From an uncultured delta proteobacterium (GTDB lineage Bacteria; Myxococcota; Myxococcia; Myxococcales; Myxococcaceae): a stretch of DNA of 64,000 bases. Position numbers and translations under genes: made by a program. The stretch covers positions 224,001 to 288,000 of the forward strand of contig CAVQKE010000005.1 of the NCBI GenBank assembly GCA_963713045.1, given 5' to 3'. This document shows positions 37,005 to 46,481 of this stretch, one piece after another (positions within the stretch are counted from its first letter, which is position 1; each line of letters begins with the position of its first letter). Below the pieces are notes generated by a model. The model ran no database searches. It was not told the origin of the DNA and saw only the letters and a program-made list of their open reading frames with translations.

Positions 37005-37487
37005 CTAGCGTCGCCGGGGCGAGCTGACGGCGGAGCGCACCATTCCGTGGCTGCCCAGGAGGCGGTCCTCCAAAGCGGCCATCCTTCGCGCCGCGACGGG
37101 CCGGTGATGGTCATGCCCCAGCAGGTGCAGTAGCCCGTGGGTGAGGTAACGGTCGAGCTCCTCCCTCAGCAACCGTCGCTCGCGCGTTGCCACCCGCCGC
37201 GCGGTGTCCAGGGAAATCACGACGTCGCCCAGCACCAGCGGCCCGGGCCAGCCCGGAGGCGGTGGCCCTCCGGGGAAACTCAACACGTCGGTGGCATGGT
37301 CCTTCTGCCGCCAGCGTCGGTTGAGGGTCCGGATGCGCACGTCGGTGGTGAGGGTGACCGCCAGTGCGACGCCTCGAAGGTCCATCGCTTTGGCAAGCCT
37401 GGAAGCCCGTTGGCGCAGGTGCTTGGCCCACCGGCCGGCGTCAGGGTGCTCGACAAAGACGTCAATTTGGTTGCTGGGCGCCGCCAC
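37005..37487 (-). CDS. ybeY: rRNA maturation endoribonuclease YbeY
   Basis: TDVLSFP, LGDVVIS, HGLLHLLGHDH. Confidence 0.95.
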   Translation of the reverse strand: MAAPSNQIDVFVEHPDAGRWAKHLRQRASRLAKAMDLRGVALAVTLTTDVRIRTLNRRWRQKDHATDVLSFPGGPPPPGWPGPLVLGDVVISLDTARRVATRERRLLREELDRYLTHGLLHLLGHDHHRPVAARRMAALEDRLLGSHGMVRSAVSSPRRR

Positions 37488-37993
37488 TAGACTTCGAAGT
37501 CCGCGCCCGCGGCGCTGAAGAGAATCTCCCCTCCCCCGAGGTGAAGGTAGGACAGCTGTCCCCGCTGAAATTCCACCTGCACTGAGACGCCCAACGCAAA
37601 GCGAATGGTCCGGCTTTCGTCGAGGCGGAAGGTGTTGAGGTCATCCAATTCATGCTGGTGGGTGCCGGTGGCATTGACGCCGGAGAGGTCAAAACCGTGG
37701 ACCCGCCGGGCCCCGTCCCACAGGTGCAGCTGGCGTAGCCACGCCTGGTCTGCATGGTAGAGGAGAAAGAGGCGGGTGAAGCGCGGCCGGACACCGTCGA
37801 GAATGACGGGGGTGGGTAGCGCGGCGTGAAACCAGTGCGTGACGCTGACCGGGCCGGCCCACTGCTGCGACAGCCTGTCATAGGCGCTGGGGTTGCCACG
37901 GAAGAAGCCTCCCCAGCCGCGGCGCGCCGAGAAGGCCACCGATTCCTCGGGCTGAAACGCAGTGCCATGCACCCACATCTCCGCTTTCAGCAC
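37487..37993 (-). CDS. Hypothetical beta-rich protein (DUF6623-like)
   Basis: GGAGG SD then GTG; motifs WVHG, GWG, WFHAALPTPVI, HLWDG and AAGADF. The family name is recalled, not searched. Confidence 0.65.
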   Translation of the reverse strand: MLKAEMWVHGTAFQPEESVAFSARRGWGGFFRGNPSAYDRLSQQWAGPVSVTHWFHAALPTPVILDGVRPRFTRLFLLYHADQAWLRQLHLWDGARRVHGFDLSGVNATGTHQHELDDLNTFRLDESRTIRFALGVSVQVEFQRGQLSYLHLGGGEILFSAAGADFEV

Positions 37994-38134
37994 TGGCCAA
38001 CCTCCGTCCTTGGACGCCACTGCGCCAGCGCGGCCCCGTGGATACCAAAGGGCCAGCAGGGCCAAGCCCCCTGGTCCCGCCGCGCCGACGGAGTAAAGCT
38101 CGGAGCGCAGAAGAAAAGCGACCGCCCCCTGGGC

Positions 38135-40555
38135 CTAGCGACGCGACGGCGGCGTGCCGGCGGCGCGGCGGGCCTCGGCCAAGACGGGCGCCAGGCCCAG
38201 CTGCTGGGGACGCGGGCCGCCGACCGCCCCGGGCGGGTACTCCGGACGGCCGTGGTAAATGCCTTCCAGGGTGTGAAGGAAGGAGCGGGCCAGCACGTTG
38301 AGGTCCCGCAGCGTCAAGTCACATTCGTCCAGCTGCCCTTCGCTAAAGACAATATTCACAATTCGCTGGACCAGCGCCTGCAGCTCCACACTGGTCGGCT
38401 CAGGCATCGAGCGACTGGCAGCCTCGACGGCGTCGGCAATCATCACCAGCGCCGCCTCGCGGAACTGCGGCTTGGGGCCGGGATAGCGGTAGATGGCCTC
38501 GTCCGGCGCCGGGGTGCCCTCGCGCTGCTCGACCTCGCGCAGCGCTTTGTGGTGGAAGTAGGCCACCAGCCGGCTGCCGTGGTGCTGGGCGATGACGTCC
38601 ACCACCGCCCGGGGGAGGCGGTACTGCCGCGCCAGCTCGAGTCCGTCGGTGACGTGGCGCTTGATGATGACTGCGCTCATCGCCGGCGCGAGGCAGTCAT
38701 GCGGGTTTTCCCCCTTCTGGTTTTCACCGAAGTAGAGCGGATTCTTCCCCTTGCCGATGTCGTGGTAGTAGGCGCACGTCCTGGCCAGCAGCGGGTTGCA
38801 GCCAATCTCCTCCGCTGCCGCCTCGACCAGGCTTCCGACGAGGATGCTGTGGTGGTAGGTGCCTGGGCTGCGGACGATGAGTTCCTTCAGCGCCGGGTGA
38901 TTGAGGTTGGCCAGCTCCAGCAGCTTCAAGTCGCTGGCGTAGCCGAAGACAACCTCCACCAGCGGCGTCAAAGCCAGCACCGTCATGGGGACAGTGACGG
39001 CGGTGCCCACCAGCGCAAAGGCCGCCGTCACCACCGTGTCCCGAAGCGTCCCTTTGCCGTCGGCCAGCGCGAAGGCGGCCAGGACAGCCGCCGAGGCCAC
39101 GCCGACAGCGAGGCCCGCCCGGAAAATGCCCGCGCGGTCCTTGGCCTGCCCTATGCGGTCCGCCGCCACCAAGGAGCCGACCAGGGCGAAGACCGCCCAC
39201 GGGACCGAGTTGCCCAGCATCACGCCGAGAAGACAGGAGGCCACCAGGGAGAAGAAGAGTGCTGCCCGGGCATCCAGGACGAACCGCACCAGCATGGCCG
39301 CGGCCGCCACCGGCATCAGCGCGTAGAGGGCTTCCAGAGGAACGCGTCCTGAGCGGTCGTGCAGCGCTTCCGCCACCAGCATCCACAGCCGGCAGCTGGC
39401 CAGTAGCCCCACCAAAAGGACGCCCAACAGCAGCGCGTCTCGGCGGGAAGGCCGCCGGCGCTGGGCAAAGGCCCGGCGTTGGAAGCCCCAGGCTGCCCAC
39501 AACAGCAGGGCCACCACGCCCATCGCCCCGAGCTGAATTTGTACCCGGTCCAGCTGGTCGCTCTGCGCCCGCATGGCGTCGAGCAGCTGCAGATGGTCCT
39601 CGGTGACGAGGTCCCCGTCGCCGATGACTTTCTGCCCGCGCTTCACCTGGATGATGGCGTCCTTCACTGCAGCCGCCGCCGCTTTGCGGCGAGCCTCGGT
39701 TTCCGCGGTGTTGACGGTCAGGTCCGGACGTACCAGTCGCTTGGCCAAGCGCAGCACGGCCCGGCGCAGGGCTGGCGGCGCGTCCGGCAGAAGGTTTCCC
39801 GGAAGCGAGGCGAAGCGCTCCACCTCAGCCCGCGCCTCGCGCACGTCCAAGACGGCCGGGGACGCCGGAGACGTCATCCGCTCCACGCCTTCACCCAACT
39901 GGCGCACGGCCAGCGCGCTGGCGTTCCCCAACTCTTCACGCGAGGCCACCACCGGGGAGAGGTAGGCGTGCTGCAGCAGTGCTTCCGTCGCATCCTCGCT
40001 TTCCCGCGAGGCGCGTGCCTGGAGGAAGGCCTGGAAGTCCTCGTCCTCGAAGGGGAAGAGGCGCTTCTCCAACGCTTCGCGGGCGGCCAGCAGGGCCAAG
40101 CTGGAAGCCTCGGCCGTCCCGGCCCGCCGGGCGCGCGTGCCGGGACGTGGCTCCGGCTCGAGGTGTGCCAGGGCCCCCCGCAGCTCGGCAAAGGCCTCGT
40201 GGAGCGCCTGGCGCTGCTCGGCCAGCACCCCGGGGTTGTAGTCGAAGACGGGCAGGACGCTGGAGCGCGCTTCGAGCCTCCGGGCCTCCGTGCGTCCGCG
40301 GTCCAGCACGTCGTAGTCCCGCGCGGCCTTTAAGCCGGCCGGGCTGGCGCTCTGGAAGGGCTTACCGACGTCCGACGGCTGAAGCTCCGGAACGGCCTGC
40401 GCCGTCAGCCCCCGCGTCAACGCCAAGGAGGCGGCGGCGGACACCAGCAGCAGCAGAAGGACGGCCAACGCCGGGCTGGTGCGCTCCAACCCCACTGGCA
40501 CCGCGGGGGGCGCAGCGTCCTCGGGAGCGGAGGCTTCAGGGGAGGGAGAGGACAT
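38135..40555 (-). CDS. 7TM-HD (HDIG) phosphohydrolase, PgpH/YqfF-like
   Basis: N-terminal TM, large extracytoplasmic domain, about 7 TMs, then PGTYHHS, YYHDIGK, YFGENQ, QHHG, YPGPKPQ, IADAVEA. Confidence 0.9.
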   Translation of the reverse strand: MSSPSPEASAPEDAAPPAVPVGLERTSPALAVLLLLLVSAAASLALTRGLTAQAVPELQPSDVGKPFQSASPAGLKAARDYDVLDRGRTEARRLEARSSVLPVFDYNPGVLAEQRQALHEAFAELRGALAHLEPEPRPGTRARRAGTAEASSLALLAAREALEKRLFPFEDEDFQAFLQARASRESEDATEALLQHAYLSPVVASREELGNASALAVRQLGEGVERMTSPASPAVLDVREARAEVERFASLPGNLLPDAPPALRRAVLRLAKRLVRPDLTVNTAETEARRKAAAAAVKDAIIQVKRGQKVIGDGDLVTEDHLQLLDAMRAQSDQLDRVQIQLGAMGVVALLLWAAWGFQRRAFAQRRRPSRRDALLLGVLLVGLLASCRLWMLVAEALHDRSGRVPLEALYALMPVAAAAMLVRFVLDARAALFFSLVASCLLGVMLGNSVPWAVFALVGSLVAADRIGQAKDRAGIFRAGLAVGVASAAVLAAFALADGKGTLRDTVVTAAFALVGTAVTVPMTVLALTPLVEVVFGYASDLKLLELANLNHPALKELIVRSPGTYHHSILVGSLVEAAAEEIGCNPLLARTCAYYHDIGKGKNPLYFGENQKGENPHDCLAPAMSAVIIKRHVTDGLELARQYRLPRAVVDVIAQHHGSRLVAYFHHKALREVEQREGTPAPDEAIYRYPGPKPQFREAALVMIADAVEAASRSMPEPTSVELQALVQRIVNIVFSEGQLDECDLTLRDLNVLARSFLHTLEGIYHGRPEYPPGAVGGPRPQQLGLAPVLAEARRAAGTPPSRR

Positions 40556-40604
40556 GGGCCGCTTGGAGGGGCAGGCGAACGCTAGGACGGGAAGGCGAGT
40601 GGCC

Positions 40605-41720
40605 TCAAGCTGACTCGGGCGGTGGGGAACCGGGCTGGGCAGCAGGCGCCGGCGCCAGCGTTTGCTGCGCACCCTCGCCGGAAAGCGGGGCCTCCTCGGC
40701 GCGACGTGCCTGGGCCTCGGCCTCATCGCGGGCGTAGGCGCGAATGACGGCCTGCACCAGGGGATGGCGCACCACATCCACCTCGCTGAAAAGGGTGAAG
40801 GCAATTCCCGGCACGTCGGCCAGAAGCGTCTGTGCGTGGGACAGGCCGGAGAGGCGCCCGGTGGGCAAGTCCACCTGCGTCACGTCCCCGTTGATGACCG
40901 CTTTGCTGTGGAAGCCGAGACGGGTGAGAAACATCTTCATCTGCTCGACGGTGGTGTTTTGGGCCTCGTCGAGAATGACGAAGGCGTCATTCAGCGTCCG
41001 TCCTCGCATGAAGGCCAGCGGGGCCACCTCCACTGTCCCCTGCTCCACCAGCTGGGTGGCGCGCGCGGCGTCCATCATCTCGTGCAGTGCGTCGTAGAGA
41101 GGGCGCAGGTAGGGGTTGACCTTCTCCGCCAAGTCCCCGGGAAGAAAGCCCAGCTTCTCCCCGGCCTCCACGGCAGGCCGGGCGAGAATGATTCGCTTCA
41201 CCTTGCGCTCCTGCAGCGCCGCCACCGCCATCGCCATCGCCAGGTAGGTTTTTCCCGTCCCGGCGGGTCCGATGCCGAAGACGATGTCATGGCTGCGGAT
41301 GGCCTCCAGGTAGCGCTTCTGGGTGATGCTTTTCGGCACCACCTGGCGGCCTGAGGGCCCGCGCACCGCCCCGGCGTAAAGCTCCTCCAAGTCCTCGACG
41401 TCTCCGTCGCGCCCAAGCACCTTGATGGCCTGCTCAACGTCCTCGCGGTACACCGGACGGCCGGCGCGCACTGCGCGCTCCAGCTGCTCCAGCAGGCGGC
41501 TGGCGAAGCCGACCGCATCGGCTGGCCCGGACAAGTGAAGCTCGGTGCCACGCTGGCCCACCCGCACGCCCAGACGGCGCTCGAGCACCTTCAGGTTCTC
41601 GCCCTGGTGGCCTCCCAGTGAAAGCGCGACATCGCTGTCGCGCAACTCCACTTTGGCCGTCAGGGGTTGAGCCGGGACAGGACGGGGGGCAGCCAACGCT
41701 CTCCTTTTCTTCAAAGGCAA
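40605..41720 (-). CDS. phoH: PhoH family ATPase
   Basis: [52 protein letters not shown]. Confidence 0.95.
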   Translation of the reverse strand: MPLKKRRALAAPRPVPAQPLTAKVELRDSDVALSLGGHQGENLKVLERRLGVRVGQRGTELHLSGPADAVGFASRLLEQLERAVRAGRPVYREDVEQAIKVLGRDGDVEDLEELYAGAVRGPSGRQVVPKSITQKRYLEAIRSHDIVFGIGPAGTGKTYLAMAMAVAALQERKVKRIILARPAVEAGEKLGFLPGDLAEKVNPYLRPLYDALHEMMDAARATQLVEQGTVEVAPLAFMRGRTLNDAFVILDEAQNTTVEQMKMFLTRLGFHSKAVINGDVTQVDLPTGRLSGLSHAQTLLADVPGIAFTLFSEVDVVRHPLVQAVIRAYARDEAEAQARRAEEAPLSGEGAQQTLAPAPAAQPGSPPPESA

Positions 41721-41727
41721 AACGACT

Positions 41728-42876
41728 CTACCTGAGGGGCGGCAAGAGGATGAACTCCTGGGGTGCCTTGCGGCGGTAGTAGTAGATGTCCCTCCATGGG
41801 TAACGCAAGTCGCTGGGGCTCACCAGCGAGGCGTCCACCAGGGCCTGCAGCGAGGCCGGGTACTCGCCCTTCTCCAGCCGGTAGACGTCGAGGGCCGCCT
41901 CCAGCCGGCTCAGCTGGGTGCGGGCCACGGCCTGCTGGACCGCGGACTCCTCGAAGCCAGTGCGCGCCGAGCCAGAGAGACTCCAAGGGTTGAGGTTGCT
42001 GCTGACGGCCACCAGCACCAGGCCAGCCAACACCACGGTGCTGACCGCAATGCGCCCCAGGGTGCCGCGCACCCGGTCGAGGACGCTGACTTCGTCCTGC
42101 AACGGGTCCGGGTCCCCCAGCGCGGGCAGCGCCTTCAGGTATTCCAGGTTGACCAGGTTGCAGAGCGCCTTGCAGGTCTCGAATTCGCCCAAGCACGTCA
42201 GGTCGATGAGTTTGCGCACGTCGCGCACCGGCGTCACCAGCGCATGGACCCGTCGCTCGGCCTCCCCCAGCGAAGCGAAGTCGGCCCGGGCGCGGCGCTG
42301 CTCCGCGGGGTCGCCCGTCTCCAGCGCTGAGGCGGGGAGTTCCTTCAGCCGCTCGAAGACCATGTCGTAGCGCGGAATGCGTTTGCGGATGACGGGCCAC
42401 TCGTCCACCATCCGGAAGCCCTCCATCAGCACCGACTCGGCGCGCATGGGGGTGACGTCGGCGGGGTCGTAGTGGACGGTGCCCTGCTCAAAGGCGTAGG
42501 TGCCGCTTTTCCAGGAAAAGAGGCGGTACAGCGTTTCGTTGAATTGCAGCTGCGCCATCTGTCGATAGCGCTCTTTGGTGATGACGCCGGTGCTCACCAG
42601 CGCGTCGCCCAGCCGCTGCAGCGTGCGCTTCTGGGTCTCCAGCGCCTCCTCCAGCTGTTGCTCGGTAATAATCTCTGCCCGCACCAACATCGTGCCGAAG
42701 AGGTCCTTCTTGCGGCGGGTGGTGCTTTCGGCCTGAACGATGACGCCGTCCTGGAAGCCAATGTGCACCTCTTGGTCCTTGGATTCGAGGTGCAGGGTGC
42801 CTGTCTTCTGCTGCTGGGCGATGAGCTGCAGAATGTCCGCAATCCCGAAGTCCCGCAGAGTGCCGTTGAGTGCCAT
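41728..42876 (-). CDS. DUF4388-family protein with tandem MshEN-like motifs, one TM and a C-terminal GspG/pseudopilin-like domain
   Basis: [19 protein letters not shown]...KTGTL start; LFG...Q-5aa-RLG...Q repeat; TM at about aa 275-295; [16 protein letters not shown]...PW..IYYY. Confidence 0.78.
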   Translation of the reverse strand: MALNGTLRDFGIADILQLIAQQQKTGTLHLESKDQEVHIGFQDGVIVQAESTTRRKKDLFGTMLVRAEIITEQQLEEALETQKRTLQRLGDALVSTGVITKERYRQMAQLQFNETLYRLFSWKSGTYAFEQGTVHYDPADVTPMRAESVLMEGFRMVDEWPVIRKRIPRYDMVFERLKELPASALETGDPAEQRRARADFASLGEAERRVHALVTPVRDVRKLIDLTCLGEFETCKALCNLVNLEYLKALPALGDPDPLQDEVSVLDRVRGTLGRIAVSTVVLAGLVLVAVSSNLNPWSLSGSARTGFEESAVQQAVARTQLSRLEAALDVYRLEKGEYPASLQALVDASLVSPSDLRYPWRDIYYYRRKAPQEFILLPPLR

Positions 42877-42882
42877 GCCGCC

Positions 42883-44967
42883 CTAAAACTTTTCGCGGGC
42901 CAGCCCGCGGAGGGAGAAGAAGGCAACCGCTGCCACCAGCAGCGCCAGCGGCAGCAGGCGCAGCGCTTCCGGCACCGGCCCATAGGGAGCGCGCAGGACG
43001 CCTTCACGGGTGATGACGCAGGCCGCGGCGAACAGGAAGAGGAAGGCGTAGCCCACGCCGCGCAGCACAGCGCCGCTGAAGACGTGCCCCAGCCCACTGC
43101 AGAGGAGCCCCAGCGTGTACGCAATGCGGCTGCTGCGGGCGCGGTGGCGGCGCACTTCCATTTCCTTATTCACCTTGAGGAGAGGCGGCACCACACCCCG
43201 CCGCGCGAAGACGTTGACACACTGCGCGCAAAAGGAGCTGCCGACGCTGAGCTGCGGGTCGCACCGCCGGCACACCGGACGGCCGCACTTGTCGCAGGCA
43301 TGACCGACGCCACGCCCCTGCCGGGTAAAGCCGAAGGCCACCAGCGCGCCTGCCACCACCAACGGCACCACTGCGCCGGTGGGGCCATCGAGGCCGCCTT
43401 GGAGGGCGGCGGTGGCCTGCATCCGCACCCGTGCCCTGCGGCCCGGCACATCGGCCAGCGCGGCAAGTTCGGCCTTGGGGAGCGCTGGGCTGAGCAACAA
43501 GCGGTTCATCAGCGGCTTGTCGTCTGGAGGGTCCTGCCGTTGCGAGAGGCGCTCGTCCAGGCGGACCGCCGAGGCCAGCGCCGTCTGAGCGCGGTCTAGC
43601 TCGGCCCCCACCGTGTCGTCATTCAACCCCCGGGCGCGCCGGCGGTGCAGCTTGGCCGCATTCCAATAGGCCTCGACCAACGTCGGGTCGGCCTCGCTGG
43701 CGCGGGCATACAGCTGTGCCGCGGCGTCCAGCTTCCCCTGGACGAAGGCCAGGTTGCCCTCCTCGGTGAGGAGCCGCGCATCCGAAGGCCGCTGGGCGCC
43801 GGCGGCGGTGAAGGCGACTTCCGCCTCGGCCAGGTGCCCGCGGCGAGCTTCATAGCGCCCCAAGGCGTACAGCTCGCCGAAGCTGGGATGTTCTCGGGAG
43901 CGAACGTTGGCCGCCCCTTGCGCCGCGTCCAGTCCCCCGCGCTCCAGCCGGTCGACGTCCTCGGCTGGCGTCCCGGCGAAGGCCGTGGCCGACGCCAGCC
44001 GGCCGGCCACCACCGGCACCGCCCCCAGCCCAGCCAACAGCACCAGCGCCACCACGCGCTCGCTGGCGGAGAGGTAGAGGGTCAGGGCGGCCAGCACCAT
44101 CAGCAGCTCCACCGCCAAGCCAAGGTGAAACACCAACGGCAACAGCAGCACCAAAAGCACCAGGGCGGACGTCTGCCAGCGGGCCACCGCGCGCGGGAAG
44201 AGGTGGTGCACGTCATGGAAGAGAAGCGGCGCATGCCGCAGAAACAGGACGGCCATCGCTGCCACCGCCGTGGCCACCCAGGCGAACAGCAGCGCGCTGC
44301 CGACGTCAGCCAGCGCGCTGCGGGCATAGCGCGGGTCGTCCCAGAAGGCCCTCGCCGCCGCCTTGAGGGAAACCACCACCCGCCCCCAGGCCAAGGGCTC
44401 CTCGGCAAGCTGGGCCTGGGCAAGCCCCAAGTACACGTAGGGGACGCTGGGGGACAGCTCTGCCGCAACGCTGGCCAGCTCGACGCTGCCCCGCATGTCC
44501 TGGCGCCTCCGGCGTTCAGTCGCGGCGCGCAGCATGGCCACACTCATCGGCTCAAGGTCCGAGATGCCCAAGTCTTCCCGAAGGCCCAATAAGTCGCTGC
44601 GCGCCCCATCGGCGACACGGCTGGCCCCCTCCCGCTCGGCTTGTTGCCAGCGCCGAAATGTCGAGAGGAGCTCCGAGTCCCCGGCGGTGGGGACAATCGG
44701 CAAGGGCAAGGTCCGCGCCGCCGTGGGCGCTGCCACCTCGGCCGCCTTGGGCACCGCCGGCGCTGCAGTGCGCGGCGGCACCGCGCGCGCGGGCGGAGGT
44801 GGCTCGGGCGGAGGGACCGGGCGGCGCGGTGGGGGCCGTTTCGGCGGCTCCTGCTCCAGCTCCTCCACCGGACGCGGGGGTTCCACCTGTGCGGGCGCGA
44901 CTTGGGACGCCAGCAGGGCCAGCAGTGCGGCGAGCGCGCGAGTGCCGCGGAGGCCAGGAAGAGGCAT
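42883..44967 (-). CDS. Multi-pass membrane TPR protein with a Cys-rich zinc-finger-like segment
   Basis: Signal peptide, Pro-rich linker, TPR-like helices, several TMs, CDKC..CRRC..CAQC and terminal TMs. Confidence 0.75.
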   Translation of the reverse strand: MPLPGLRGTRALAALLALLASQVAPAQVEPPRPVEELEQEPPKRPPPRRPVPPPEPPPPARAVPPRTAAPAVPKAAEVAAPTAARTLPLPIVPTAGDSELLSTFRRWQQAEREGASRVADGARSDLLGLREDLGISDLEPMSVAMLRAATERRRRQDMRGSVELASVAAELSPSVPYVYLGLAQAQLAEEPLAWGRVVVSLKAAARAFWDDPRYARSALADVGSALLFAWVATAVAAMAVLFLRHAPLLFHDVHHLFPRAVARWQTSALVLLVLLLPLVFHLGLAVELLMVLAALTLYLSASERVVALVLLAGLGAVPVVAGRLASATAFAGTPAEDVDRLERGGLDAAQGAANVRSREHPSFGELYALGRYEARRGHLAEAEVAFTAAGAQRPSDARLLTEEGNLAFVQGKLDAAAQLYARASEADPTLVEAYWNAAKLHRRRARGLNDDTVGAELDRAQTALASAVRLDERLSQRQDPPDDKPLMNRLLLSPALPKAELAALADVPGRRARVRMQATAALQGGLDGPTGAVVPLVVAGALVAFGFTRQGRGVGHACDKCGRPVCRRCDPQLSVGSSFCAQCVNVFARRGVVPPLLKVNKEMEVRRHRARSSRIAYTLGLLCSGLGHVFSGAVLRGVGYAFLFLFAAACVITREGVLRAPYGPVPEALRLLPLALLVAAVAFFSLRGLAREKF

Positions 44968-45077
44968 GCTTACGCCAAGCATCCTACGCGAGCACGGCGG
45001 CACCGCAATGCTTCCGACGGCGGGCGCACCCGTCTCTGCCCCTCGGGCCCTCCATCCGGAGGCCCGGGTGACTGCCC

Positions 45078-46481
45078 TTGTCCCCGTCGGCCCTCCCGGG
45101 CTATTTGCGCTCGCTGCTGCGCCCGACCGGAGGTCGCCCCCCTGTGCTTCTCGCCCTAGCAGCCGCTGCCCTGCTCACCGCCAGTCCTGCGGCCGCTTCT
45201 CCAACTGGCCCGAAGCCGGAGGTGCACCAACTGAAGAATGGCTTGCGCGTCGTCTTCATCCCCTTCGACTCGCCTGGGTTGGTGGCCTACTACACGCTGA
45301 TGCGCGTCGGCAGCCGCAATGAGCCGGAGCCCGGCCGCTCCGGCTATGCCCACTTCTTCGAACACATGATGTTTCGAGGCACGCCCACCAACCCCGCCGG
45401 GAAATACAAGGACAGCGTGGCCGCGCTGGGGCTGGACTCCAACGCCTTCACCAGCGAGGACATGACCGTCTACCACCTGTTCGGGCCTTCCAAGGCGCTG
45501 CCCAGCATCATCGAACTTGAAGCCGACCGCTTCCAGCACCTTGCTTACAACGAGGCGCAATTCAAGACGGAGGCCGGAGCCATCCTCGGCGAGTACGCCA
45601 AAAACGCCTCCAACCCGTTGCTCCTGATGGATGAGAAGCTGCTCGAGACGGCCTACACCCAACACACCTACCGCCACACCGTCATCGGCTACCTGGCCGA
45701 CGTGAAGGCAATGCCGGCTGGCTACACCTACTCTCTCGACTTCTTCCGCCGCTATTACACCCCGGACAACGCCACCATTTTCGTCGTCGGGGACTTTGAC
45801 CACCCAGCCGCACTGGCCGAGATTGAAAAAGCCTACGGCAGCTGGAAAGGAAAGGCCCACCCGGCGGCCATTCCGCCGGAGCCGCCCCAACACGCCGCGC
45901 GCCGTGCCAACGTCCCGTGGACGACGCCGACGCTGCCGCGGGTGTGGATGGTTTGGCACACGCCGTCGGCGAGCAACTTGCGCGCCACCGCGGTCCAAAT
46001 GGTGCTCAGCGAGTACCTCTTCGGAGAGACGAGTCCCTTGGTGGAGGACTTGGTCCGGACGCGGCAGATTGCCGACGCGGTCGACTCCTCCTACGACCCA
46101 CACCGCGACCCGACACTCTTCGGCGTGCTGTTGCGGATGAAGGCAGAGAAGGACCTCGCAACCGGCGAGCAGGCCGTCCTGGAACAAATTCAACGGGTGG
46201 CCACCGGCAAGATGGTCGCCGCACGGGTGGCCGCGGTGCGTTCCAACGTGAAGTACGGACGGCTCATGTCCCAGGACCGAGCCAACGAGGTGGCGGTGCA
46301 GACGGCGGTGACCACCGCCCTCACCGGGGACGTCAACTACCAGGACAAACTGCTGGCCACCATCTCCACCGTCACCCCCCAGGAGCTGACCGCCTTCGCC
46401 AAGAAATACCTGGTTCCGTCCAACTCGACGACGGTGACGCTGGAAACCGCGCCGGCGCCAGCGCCGGGAGGGACCAACTGA
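45078..46481 (+). CDS. M16 family zinc metallopeptidase, catalytic subunit
   Basis: HFFEHMMFRG (HXXEH), NAFTSED, YTPDNA and a signal-like N-terminus. Confidence 0.92.
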   Translation: MSPSALPGYLRSLLRPTGGRPPVLLALAAAALLTASPAAASPTGPKPEVHQLKNGLRVVFIPFDSPGLVAYYTLMRVGSRNEPEPGRSGYAHFFEHMMFRGTPTNPAGKYKDSVAALGLDSNAFTSEDMTVYHLFGPSKALPSIIELEADRFQHLAYNEAQFKTEAGAILGEYAKNASNPLLLMDEKLLETAYTQHTYRHTVIGYLADVKAMPAGYTYSLDFFRRYYTPDNATIFVVGDFDHPAALAEIEKAYGSWKGKAHPAAIPPEPPQHAARRANVPWTTPTLPRVWMVWHTPSASNLRATAVQMVLSEYLFGETSPLVEDLVRTRQIADAVDSSYDPHRDPTLFGVLLRMKAEKDLATGEQAVLEQIQRVATGKMVAARVAAVRSNVKYGRLMSQDRANEVAVQTAVTTALTGDVNYQDKLLATISTVTPQELTAFAKKYLVPSNSTTVTLETAPAPAPGGTN

